Source of the DNA: an uncultured bacterium
GTDB taxonomy: Bacteria; Oederibacteriota; PGYV01; CAWJRG01
Assembly (NCBI GenBank): GCA_963845185.1
Contig: CAWJRG010000005.1
Span: 608,001 to 672,000 of the forward strand
DNA length: 64,000 bases
Direction of reading: 5' to 3'
The notes beneath the pieces were generated by a model. The model was not told the DNA's origin, did no database searches, and saw only the letters and a program-made list of their open reading frames with translations. The translations under genes and the position numbers were made by a program. Below, in pieces: positions 33,101 to 43,400 of this stretch; position 1 is the first letter of the stretch, and every line of letters starts with the position of its first letter.

Positions 33101-33646
33101 GCTGGTTATGCCTGAGCCGGGTGTTATTGAAGTTACAGTTGATGACCCTACCATGCCTGCTATCCAGCTGTTGGTTGCTATAGTTGTATAACTCAGGCCT
33201 ATGGACATACTGCTGGAATTCTCGAACTGCTGCTCTGCGCCAATAGCGCCTACGCCGTTATAGCTGACTGCTCCATAGTTCCAGGAAAACACCGCATTGG
33301 GGTTTACTACAATTGGATAGGAGCCGCCGGTTGGCGGGTTCATAAGGTAGTAAATAAAAATTGTTGTAGAGGTAAATGAGTTTGCCGTGCCGGCCAGTGT
33401 CATTGGTATGCCGTTATACGTTACTGATGTTATGCCGGGAGCGCCTGCTCCTGCCTGCAGCCCTACGACAAGGCAGGTTGCAGAATTTGAGCAGGTGTGC
33501 GTCCACGTAAAGCTCTGGCTCGTTGCCGGGTCGCTGCCGTTTGAGGTATTATCAACGGAAATCAAGCAGAAAATATTTCCCGCCAGCAACAAAATAAACG
33601 TTAATATCCACGCTAGCCTTTTTTTTCTTTTGCTGCTCCCTGCCAT
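27153..33646 (-). CDS. Giant secreted multi-beta-sandwich protein with ~500-aa Thr-rich stalk and FlgD-Ig/T9SS-like CTD, two frameshifts (~2163 aa repaired)
   Basis: ORFs 31736..33646, 30985..31905 and 27153..31001 join by removing one base at 31950-31952 (QDLNFRLS) and one at 31010-31012 (QWYSQSMG). Contains three homologous ~290-aa units. Confidence 0.8.
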
Positions 33647-33716
33647 TTAGTTCCTTTTCCTTATATTTTAAATTATTTGATTTAATTATTACTCTGATAG
33701 GTTATTGCTGTCTATT

Positions 33717-33744
33717 GCAGAGACACGCCATGGCGTGTCTCTGC
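33717..33744. repeat. Perfect 28-bp palindrome, REP-like
   Basis: GCAGAGACACGCCATGGCGTGTCTCTGC immediately after the 33749 stop. Confidence 0.75.
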
Positions 33745-33748
33745 TTAT

Positions 33749-35752
33749 TTATTTTATTACATAGACTTTTAAAAGTTTTTTATCTGCCCCTGCCTCTATA
33801 TACACGAAATACAGCCCTTCTCCCGCAATCTTGCCGTCGCCATTTTTTACATCCCATTGCACCTGGTTCCATCCGTCGGCCGAAGCTGTAAATCCAAGGT
33901 CATTTCTTACTACTTCGCCGGTCAAATTATATACCTTTATTTTTACCTGCACATTTGCCTGGGTTTTCAGGTTTATCTGCAGCTTTTCGCCTTTGTCAGG
34001 GTTTACATAGTTTTTGGAAAGCGTCATGTTTAAGTTGGGCGTAGGAGTATTAGTAACAACCGGTGAAACCACACAAGTGGCCGTAACAACCGGCGTTGCA
34101 GTCGCGGTGTTTCCTGTTCCCTGATTGGTCAGGGTGCTTGTCGCTGTTAAGACAAAAGTTTCCATTGCAATAGCTGTATCCGTAGATGAAGGGACTTCTG
34201 TGCACGTTGAAGTCAGCGTGGGGCTTTCAGTAAGCGTAGGCGTCATTGTCGGCGTATTTGTCCCGGTGTCTATGTATGTAACTATCAATGTTGGAGTGTT
34301 TGTTTGTGTCATGGTAAAAGTATCTGTAATCACCAGCGTGAGCGACGGCGTTGCTGTAAATGAAGGCGTGGGCGTAAATGTAGGCGTGAATGTTGGTGTA
34401 TTTGTCCCGGTATATGTCCTGCTAATTACAAGTGTAGGTGACGGCGTTGCCGTAAATGTTGGCGAAGGCGTCTGCGTCCGTGTGATTGTTGGAGTCGGCG
34501 TTGCATTGGCGATGACAAATGTGAACGCGTATGTATTTGAAGTTCTTGTGTATGTCCCGTTTGTGTCGACTTCAGATGCTGAGGCATTGTCGGTAAATAC
34601 GACCGTACCCACGGAATTAGTTGTGAATACCCATGTAAAATTATAACTGCTGCCTGCCGTAAGTGTTGGAATATACGCAGGCGTTGGTCCTGAATTAATT
34701 GTCACAAGGCTTGAATTTGAGTCTCCCATTCCGCCCGGTACTACATTTGTAGCGTTGACCTGATAACCTGTATTGTTAACTATCAGATTCATAGTTATAA
34801 CCTGGCCCGGAAGCGCCGGGTTTGGATAACCGTCTATTCTTGCTGTTAAAGTCACGCCTTTGACATTCGTGATGCACGGATTGCTCCGCAAAGTAACGCC
34901 TGCAGATTGAATATCCTGTGAAGTAGCAAAAGCCGTATTTGTAATGCTGAACGCCATATTTATGGCTGTAGGGCTGACTAATGTAACTATTGATATGCTG
35001 CCATTTGCATTTGAATTGACTGACCCAATATACCAGTATGCAAATGTGCCTGACGATGTGGTGGATGTAGTAGCATATGGACCAGGGCTTGAGTTTAGGA
35101 ATGTAAGCTCATACGGTATTGTATCCCAGATGTAAACGCTGTTTGCCGGATTTCCCGATGCATTGCTGTAATTAATGGTATATGTAAATGTATCGCCTGC
35201 TTCCATAGGGTTTTCACTGGCTGTCTTTGACATTCCCAAAAGCACTACCGTCACTATTGGGCTGGCTGTAAGCGCCGTGTTTGTTGTGCCTGCAGGCGCT
35301 TCTGAAATACTAAAAGTATATGGGCCTGTGGCAACCGGCACTGTCACACCTTCTGTCCCTCCGCCTGCGCCGTAAACTATGTTCACTGTGTCATACCAGC
35401 TAATATCAAGACCATTGTCTGTGATAGTTATTGTGTTTCCGTTGATACTAATATCATTTGCCGGAACAGTCATTGAATTGCCGCTTGATACTGTATAAAC
35501 CATGACATTCCCAGATGAACCACTGCCATTTGTCGGGGCTGTCCACCCGCTTGGTATCTGGACTGTCAGGTAACCCATGCTTGTCCCGCTGTTTGTCCAA
35601 TTCACGCCGCCTGCATCGGCGTAACTTATTATAAATGTCGCGCCGCTAGAACCCGCGCCGGCGACAGAAGGTGAAATTGTTGCTGTGCCTGTGGCGAAAA
35701 TCGCTGATGTGAATAGTAAAACCGTCGTAAATGCCAGAAAAATTTTTTTCAT
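33749..35752 (-). CDS. Secreted DUF11-like domain protein with Thr-rich stalk and FlgD-Ig/T9SS-like CTD
   Basis: Signal peptide, SKTAS...GDTFTYTINYSN...IWDTIP, CTD KVYNLTGEVVR...WD...GLYFVYI...KVYVIK. ATG overlaps the upstream stop. Confidence 0.85.
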   Translation of the reverse strand: MKKIFLAFTTVLLFTSAIFATGTATISPSVAGAGSSGATFIISYADAGGVNWTNSGTSMGYLTVQIPSGWTAPTNGSGSSGNVMVYTVSSGNSMTVPANDISINGNTITITDNGLDISWYDTVNIVYGAGGGTEGVTVPVATGPYTFSISEAPAGTTNTALTASPIVTVVLLGMSKTASENPMEAGDTFTYTINYSNASGNPANSVYIWDTIPYELTFLNSSPGPYATTSTTSSGTFAYWYIGSVNSNANGSISIVTLVSPTAINMAFSITNTAFATSQDIQSAGVTLRSNPCITNVKGVTLTARIDGYPNPALPGQVITMNLIVNNTGYQVNATNVVPGGMGDSNSSLVTINSGPTPAYIPTLTAGSSYNFTWVFTTNSVGTVVFTDNASASEVDTNGTYTRTSNTYAFTFVIANATPTPTITRTQTPSPTFTATPSPTLVISRTYTGTNTPTFTPTFTPTPSFTATPSLTLVITDTFTMTQTNTPTLIVTYIDTGTNTPTMTPTLTESPTLTSTCTEVPSSTDTAIAMETFVLTATSTLTNQGTGNTATATPVVTATCVVSPVVTNTPTPNLNMTLSKNYVNPDKGEKLQINLKTQANVQVKIKVYNLTGEVVRNDLGFTASADGWNQVQWDVKNGDGKIAGEGLYFVYIEAGADKKLLKVYVIK

Positions 35753-36607
35753 ATTTCTTCATCTCCCTTTTTTAATGATGGTGCTATTATATTGTTTTTT
35801 ATGATTCCCATTATTTCCCTGCTGTAACCCGCCTCAATTATCTGTATCCTCTTCATTATCTTGCCTTTGACAACTTCGTATTTTTCTTTCCCAAGCCCGA
35901 TCTTGACGGCTTTTAACCGCAAAAAAAGCAGCCCGGTCATGCCTTCTTCGATTTCAGTCTTAATCCTGACTGTCGGCCCCAGCATTTTAATATTTCTTAC
36001 CAGCCGCTCCATGTCTATCATGCCGTCTTCCCTCAACTTGCCGTCCGAATCCCAGTTTGTGTTCTTGAAAACGAAATTCCCAAACGCGGTTTTTTCCAGG
36101 GTTTTTAAGAGCATTGCCTTTGCCGCCCTTTCGCCGCATGCTACGGTTAATTCGTCCTGTATTATTTTCCTCAGCTCGTCAAACGCGCCTGCAAGCTCGC
36201 TGATATTTTTTTCGTTTTTATAATCTATCTCCGCCGCGAAAGGTTCCTGTTCCAGTTCCTGTGTAGTTTTTGGCGGTGCAGATTCCTGCTCAAGTTGTTG
36301 TTTTATTTTTTCCGCCCTTTTGATAAGGTCGTCTATTTCATAATCATCCTCAGCGCTTTCCTTTTCTTTCCTGCGTTTTTTCTCCGCTAGCCGTGCCCAT
36401 TTCTTCCAGCTTGGACCTGACCACAATGCTTTTCTTTTCAGGTTTGGTTTCTGCGGGTTTGGCTTCAACATTTTTCTGTGTTGCCGGGTTTGCGCTTTCT
36501 TGTTTTGTTTTATCTTCGTTTTCTTTTTCGCCGGTTACCTGCTCTTCAATGCTGAACATGTCCGCCAGGTCCTGGCTTGTAATTGATAAATCCCGTTTTT
36601 TATCCAC
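35749..36607 (-). CDS. Hypothetical cytoplasmic protein (charged N-half, helical C-domain), one frameshift (~285 aa repaired)
   Basis: ORFs 36350..36607 and 35749..36471 join as RSKLEEMARLAEKKRR when the G3 at 36396-36398 is G2. Confidence 0.7.
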
Positions 36608-36613
36608 GCGTGC

Positions 36614-37003
36614 TCACCTTTTCCTCTGCATTTCTTTGTTTTTTTGTTTGATGAACTCGTCAAGGATGCATCCTTCTATATACCATGCGAGGTAAGGCAC
36701 GAATTTTTCGTTTTCATCCGAGCCCCAGCTTTTTACAGCCTTGATAAGGCCCCTGTTACCTGCCTTTATCAGCTTTACAAAAGATAGCCCTGCTCCCCTG
36801 TACCGGTTGGCTATGCCTATGACCATCCTCAGGTGGGCTTCTATAAGGAACTTTTGAATATCCTCTTTTTCCTCGGCCTGGGAGCCTTCCAGCTTGTTAA
36901 GGAGAATCTCAATTTTGTTAAAAGGCACTTCTTTAATGTGTGATATTACTATGAGATAATCCTTTAAATGGCTTTCGTCTATGTCTATCAATTTTAGCTT
37001 CAT
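36614..37003 (-). CDS. Sigma70-like protein with regions 1.2 and 2 only
   Basis: HLKDYL (1.2), LIEAHLRMVIGIANRY (2.1), GLSFVKLIKAGNRGLIKAV (2.2), KFVPYLAWYI (2.3). Ends at 129 aa. Confidence 0.8.
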   Translation of the reverse strand: MKLKLIDIDESHLKDYLIVISHIKEVPFNKIEILLNKLEGSQAEEKEDIQKFLIEAHLRMVIGIANRYRGAGLSFVKLIKAGNRGLIKAVKSWGSDENEKFVPYLAWYIEGCILDEFIKQKNKEMQRKR

Positions 37004-37188
37004 TGTCCTTTACCTCTCTTTTCCAAATTTTTTATGCTTTCTTCTTCCATCCATTTATTGACCCTGTCAAGGTCAACTAATTTTTCGTTAAAAAAATCCT
37101 GATGCTGTTTTAAAAATTTTCTTAAAGTTGGCAAAGAAATCTGCATGTAATCGGCTGCCTCGCCTTTCTTTACCGCATTTTTAGTCAT
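37000..37188 (-). CDS. Small excisionase/MerR-type HTH protein
   Basis: EAADYMQISLPTLRKF...VDLDRVNKWM, AGGTG RBS. Stop overlaps the next ATG. Confidence 0.7.
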   Translation of the reverse strand: MTKNAVKKGEAADYMQISLPTLRKFLKQHQDFFNEKLVDLDRVNKWMEEESIKNLEKRGKGQ

Positions 37189-37236
37189 TTCAGCACCTGA
37201 GTTCTTGTCATCTTCATATAATACACTGGTTATAGT

Positions 37237-37252
37237 AGCAATTCCTATGCCG
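37237..37252 (-). promoter_or_regulatory. Sigma54 (-24/-12) promoter
   Basis: CGGCATAGGAATTGCT against consensus TGGCAC-N5-TTGC(A/T), with exact GG-N10-GC spacing. Confidence 0.75.
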
Positions 37253-37317
37253 GGTTCAGTAGAAAAACAGTGAATATAATAAGGTAGTTTTTGTGATTGT
37301 TTCCCCTTGCGGAATAA

Positions 37318-37356
37318 TAGTGTAGAATTTTCTACACTAATGTAGGATTTACAACA
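37318..37356. promoter_or_regulatory. Tandem TGT-N10-ACA upstream activator sites for an enhancer-binding protein
   Basis: TGTAGAATTTTCTACA (37321-37336, within TAGTGTAGAA-TT-TTCTACACTA) and TGTAGGATTTACAACA (37341-37356), 20 bp apart. Confidence 0.7.
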
Positions 37357-37406
37357 AATGTTTCTATGCCCAATATATCAAAATGTAATCCCCCGTATCT
37401 TTATAA

Positions 37407-40400
37407 TTACTTTACTATGTAAACCTTAAGCAGTTTTTTATCTGTCCCGGCCTCTATGTACACGAAATACAACCCCTGACCGACAATTTTGCCGTCATCA
37501 TTCTTTATGTCCCATTCAACCTGGTTCCATCCGTCAGCCGTGGTTGTGAAATCCATGTTCCTTCTTATTATTTCACCGGTCAGATTATATACCTTCACTT
37601 TTACGTTTACATTTGCCGCGGCTTTCACGTTTATAAGCAGGGTTTCGCCTTTGTTTGGGTTTAGATAGTTTTTGGAAAGCGTCATGTTTGAATTCGGCTC
37701 AGGAGTATTTGTGGGAATCGGTGAGACCGTATAAGTGGGCGTGATGCTTGGCGTCGGGCTTATCGTGCCTGTTTCTGTTATGGTCAAAGTGTTTGTCTGC
37801 GTGTTTGTCGCTGTAAAAGTGGCAGTTTCCGTGCCGGTAACTGAATATGTGACTGTCGGAGTTTCTGTATCTGTCGCCGTGCCCGTTGAGCTTATAGTGA
37901 AGGTCGGCGTATTTGTGAATGAAGAAGTAACCGTGTTGCTTGGAGTCTCCGTGTTCGTGGATGTGCCTGTACAAGTCAGTGTATTCGTTTCTGTTATTGT
38001 GGAACTTGCTGTGAACGTCGGTGTATTTGTGTATGAAGAGGTGGGTGTACCACTTGCCGTCACTGTGCAAGTGCCTGTCCATGTGGGTGTATTTGTCGGT
38101 GTGTCCGTATTTGTACCTGTCCATGTAGGTGTATTTGTCGGTGAATTCGTGTTTGTCCCCGTCCATGTTGGCGTATTTGTCATTGTATCCGTGTATGTCC
38201 CTGTCCATGTAGGTGTATTTGTTGCAGTATCCGTGTTTGTCCCTGTCCATGTTGGCGTATTTGTTGCAGTGTCCGTGTTTGTACCCGTCCATGTTGGCGT
38301 ATTTGTCGGTGTATTTGTCATTGTATTCGTCTTTGTATCTGTCCAAGTCGGCGTATTCGTCGGCGTCCAAGTCGCTGTATTCGTCGGTGTCCACGTTGGC
38401 GTATTTGTAGTTGTCCATGTCAGCGTATTCGTTGGTGTCCATGTCAGCGTATTCGTTGGTGTCCATGTTGGTGTATTCGTCGGTGTCCATGTCGGTGTGT
38501 TTGTTGATGTTGCTGTATTAGTTGGTGTTAATGTAAATGTAGGCGTAATTGTCCAGGTGAAAACTATCTGCGTGAATGTCTGCGTTATGCTTGGCGTCGG
38601 GCTGCTGGTAGGTGTACTCGAAAATGTCGAAGTCATCGTGCTTGTGCCTGTATTCGTTGGTGTCCATGTTTTCGTATTTGTAGGTGTCCCTGTTGGTGTA
38701 TTAGTCGGCGTCCATGTTGATGTAGCCGTTAATGTATATGTGGACGATAGTGTTAATGTATTAGTGTATGTCAATGTCCACGTTGAAGTATTTGTCGGTG
38801 TCCAGGTTGGTGTGTTTGTAGGTGTTCGCGACGAAGTATTTGTCATTGTACTTGTTGGCGTATTTGTCGGCGTCCATGTCGGAGTAGACGTTAACGTATA
38901 TGTGGACGTTAGTGTTAATGTATAAGTTAATGTCGGTGTCCATGTTGAAGTATTTGTTGGTGTACCTGTCCGTGTATTCGTTAGTGTCCATGTCGGAGTA
39001 GACGTTAATGTATATGTGGACGTTAGTGTCAATGTATAAGTTAATGTCGGTGTCCATGTCGAAGTTTTTGTCGGTGTTCCTGTCGGTATATTAGTTGGTG
39101 TCCCTGTTTGCGTTGCCGACGGTGTCCCAGTCTGTGTATTCGTCGGCGTCATCGTTGGTGTTGATGTATATGTCAGTGTCTGCGTATATGTACTGGTTGG
39201 TGTTGATGTAGTTGTGGCAAAAGCGCATGAGCCCGGGCAATATCCTACATATATTTCATATTCCCCCGAATTGCTGCTTGCGGACGGGAACGGGTCCGGA
39301 ATATCGTTAACCGAGCTGTAGTTGGTGTTTTTAAATGCTATATTCTCTCCTGAGTTTGCGCTCGCGAACTGCACGCCGTTATCTCCGAGATACGCGAGCC
39401 AGTATGTACCTGCAGGCAGGCATGTCACAGGAATATTATAAGTGTTCCAACCCGGACCGCATGTTTGCTTGCCTGTACTGGCAAGAAGCGCTCCAGGCAC
39501 TCCGGCATTGTCTGCGTAAATTCCCAGTATCACTCCGGATGACCCGCTTCCCAGGTTGTTAATTGACATTGTGTATCCCCTGCCGTCCTGCGCCAAAGTA
39601 AACTGCGTTGCCATCAGGGTATTTGATGAATTTCCGCCTGACGGCCCTATGGAGTCATCTCCAAAATGTGCGTAAGTACATGGCGGTGTCGGAGTCGGCA
39701 GTCCCGACGGACAGTAAAGCACATATACTGAATACTCTCCGGTATTGGTTGTAGGGCTGTTCGGGAATGTTGCAGGCATTGACCCTGTGGAGCCGAAGTT
39801 CATGTTAACATAAGCCAGATCACTCCCGCTGTTATTTGTCGCTATCTGAGACCCGCTGTCTGCAAGGTATGCCAGCCAGTAAGTGCCCTGCGGCAGGTTT
39901 GTCATTGATATGGGATAAATGCCCCAGCTGTTTGCGCCTATCGCCTGTTTTGCCGTGGCTATTATAAGATTTCCCGGGGTTCCGAGGTTATCACTATAAA
40001 TACCTATCATTATATTACTTGCAGTGCCCTTGTTATACGCCGCGACCTGTATTCCTGTACCTCCGTCAGACATCAGAAATTTTGTTGCCATGAGTGTATT
40101 GGCAGAGTTTCCGCCTGATGAGCCTATTGCATTTAACCCGAGGTAACTGTTGCATACCGTCGAAGTAAATGTCGGAGTTCCTGTCACTGTAAGCGTGATA
40201 ATACTAGTTAACGTTGCTGTTGGCGTAATTGTTATAGTATTTGAAATGGTCGCTGACGGGACCGTGCCCGCACATGTGAAAATAAGCGCGGTAGGCCCCC
40301 TTCCGCACGCCCATGCCAGTGTTGAATATGCCGATATACCAAGCAGCTCGTTTGTCGTGCCGCTTGCCTGCTGGTTCCAGCTGGTACCGCCGTTATTTGT

Positions 40401-43400
40401 GGCGACTATTGTTCCGTTTATGCCCGAACAAAAACCATTAAGTGAATCCGCAAATGACATTGACTCCAGCGACTGGCCGCTAAAAGTTGCAATTATACTC
40501 CAAGCGCTGCCGTTCCACTGCGCTATCTGGCCGCCGAGCCCGCAAACCAGGGCATTATTCAAAGAAAATGCGTGTATCCCGTAAATATCGCTCACCATTG
40601 GGTTTGCAATGTTATTCCAAATCGCGCCGCCGTTATTCGTGGATAGTATCGTGTGCCCCATGCCAACTGCCCAACCGTTATTTATGTCAAGCATATAAAT
40701 TCTATTGAGCCCGTTTGTAGTGTTGCTTGTCTGAGGAGCCCAGCTCGCGCCGCCGTTTGTAGTATTAATGATGGTCCCGTTGCCGCCGACTGCCCAGCCG
40801 TTGTTTGGGTCTGTAAAATAAATTCCCATTATATTGACTGAATTTGACACGCCGGTTGTCTGTGTATTCCATGTCACTCCGCCATTGGTTGTATAGTAAA
40901 TATTGCCGTTTGAACACGCTACCCAGCCCGTCATATTATTGATAAAATATATTGTAAACGCGCATGACCCCAGCATAATTTGTTGCGTCCAGGAAAGTCC
41001 GGCGTTTGTTGTGTGGTAAATATCGCCGTAAGTGTCGCCCATCCAGCCTTCGTTTGCGCTGACAAAGAAAACAGAAAACAAATCCACGGAAGAAGGCGGG
41101 CTCAGCGCCTGCCACGCCAGCGTACAGGCCGTCATTGTCTGTGTTGGCGTTATTGTGTATGATATTGTCGCTGATACAACTGGCGATATGGTAGATGTTG
41201 TTGTTATTGTCGGGGATTTTGTGCAAGTATATGTCGGTGATGGCGTAAATGTCTGCGTGTTTGTGCCTGTGTTTGACGGCGTGTTTGTCGGCGTCGGAAG
41301 CTGAGGAGAGTACCATAAGTCATTAAGCCTTGTTGTACCGTCGCTTGCTATACCTCCATCAGCCCACATCTGGTTGTTGAATACAATTACACCCGGCCAT
41401 CCGCGGGTACTGAAATTTGCATTGCCTACTTTTGTCCAGTTTGCTCCGTCAGGAGACGACCACACGTCATTGTAGTATACGTTGCTCGGGTTCCAGTCAT
41501 ACCCTGCTATTACCCATACTTTACCTGCATATGTGATGGCCCTGTGCCCCTCTCTTTTTGTATAAGACGTGCCTGTAGCCTGTGTCCATGTCACTCCGTC
41601 AGTTGACCACCAATTGTCACTATATGTATTTGACGCATCCTCGCCGCCAAATACCCACATTTTTGCGCCGCCGCCCGGGTCAAAAACGCAGCCGGCCAGT
41701 CCATCACGCTTGGTCCAATTTGCCGCCGCGGTTGCAGTCACCCAAGTTATTCCGTCAGTCGACCAGAATACGTCATTAAAATATTTATTTCCCGGTGTGT
41801 TATACCCACCCATTATCCACATTTTTCCGTTGTACACCATACACAATGAGCCCTCTCTTGCTGCAAAATTTGCTGCGCCTGTCGCCTTTGCCCAGTTTGC
41901 GCCGTCAGAGGAATACCACACATCGTTCATGTCTTGTGATGCAGTATTGTAACCGGCTATAATCCACATGAAACCGTTGTAATCCAGACACCCGCTATAT
42001 CCTCTGCCGGAAAAAGCTGCAGCGGTGGTCGCGGTCAACCAGTTCGCGCCGTCGTTTGAATAGTGTACGTCGTTTCCATAGCTGCTTTGTAGACCTCCGC
42101 CTATCACCCACAGCTGGCTGTTGTGTACAATGAACCCAAAATCATACCTTGCGGCAAATATGCCTGTAGGCGTCGCCTGGTACCATGTAACTCCTGCGCC
42201 GGACAGCGCTGTCGGTGTAGACTGCGGTGTATTTGTCTGAGTGACGCTATAGGTTGGCGTTATACTGGGTGTAATTGTCTGCGTTCCGGTTGTGGTTACG
42301 GTAAAAGTTGGCGAATTCGTGGCTGTACGTGAAGGTGTAAATGTTTTTGTATTTGTCCCTGTATTTGTCGGCGTATTAGTCGGAGTGGGCAGCTGCGGCG
42401 AGTACCATACGTCGTTATTGTAAGTGTTATTTTTTATTCCCCCTGCTATCCATAACTGGTTATTGTAATTATATCCGCCAGGATAACAGCGTGTTGTGAA
42501 TGATGCGTTGCCAACGTTTGTCCAGTTTGCTCCGTCAGAAGACGACCATACGTCGTTTAATGTTGATGCCCCATTGGGTGAGCCTGCTATAAGCCAGACT
42601 TTGCCGCCGTACACAAGGGCCTTGGCACCGTACCTTGTGGTAAAAGCAGTTCCTGTGGCTTGGGTCGATGTCAGCCCGTCAGTCGACCACCATGAGTTGT
42701 TTATTGTTGAGTTGCTGCTTATTGCACCTCCAAATATCCACATTTTCGGCCCGCTGCCAGGGTCAAAAACGCAGCTGCTCATGGAGTCCCGCGCAGTAAA
42801 AGCAGCGGTACCTGTTACCTGCGTCCACGTTATGCCGTCTGTAGAATTCCACACATCATTCATGTCAACTGTATTTGAGAGCCCGCCTATTATCCACATA
42901 CTGTTATTAAACGCAATCATCGCAGGGTCCTCGCGCACTGAAAACTGCGCGGTTCCTGTCACCTGCGTCCATGTAATACCGTCGGAAGAACTCCATACAT
43001 CGTTCATCTCAGCGCCATTGTTGCCGGCTGCCACCCACATTTTATTGTTAAATACGCAATAGCCCATGCTTCTCCTGGCAGAAAATCCGGCAGCCACGGT
43101 AGCCTGCGTCCAATTGATGCCGTCGGAAGAATAATATACATCATTAACTAGCTGGGTCTTGGTGATACCGCCTATAACCCACATAAAATTGTTATAAGTT
43201 ACGTTTGCAAAATCATATCTGCCGGAAAAAAGAGCTCCCGAGGTTGCCTGAAACCAGTTCACGCCAGCTCCAGGCAGCGCAGTCGGCTGCGGTGTATTTG
43301 TCTGCGTGACCGTAAATGTCGGCGTTGCCGATGGAGCGGAAAACAATATTGAAGGAATAAATATACTTGCGAGGATTAATAACGAAATTTTTTTGAGGAA

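Noticed and set aside
37000..37188. Prophage or ICE suggested by the excisionase-like HTH
   Set aside because: No integrase, att repeats, or phage or conjugation genes nearby.
37699..38490. Off-frame minus-strand Y/H/D/N-rich ORFs (also 27445..28200, 44488..45147)
   Set aside because: Alternative frames of low-complexity Thr repeats that happen to lack stops.
38077..38508. Possible CRISPR array
   Set aside because: Repeats are contiguous, in frame and degenerate at third positions, with no unique spacers and no cas genes.
37735..38925. Long plus-strand Val/Gly-rich ORFs (also 44077..44943, 28003..28452, 34125..34646, 22866..23648 and others)
   Set aside because: Antisense shadows of ACN-rich Thr codons, with no RBS or protein-like features.
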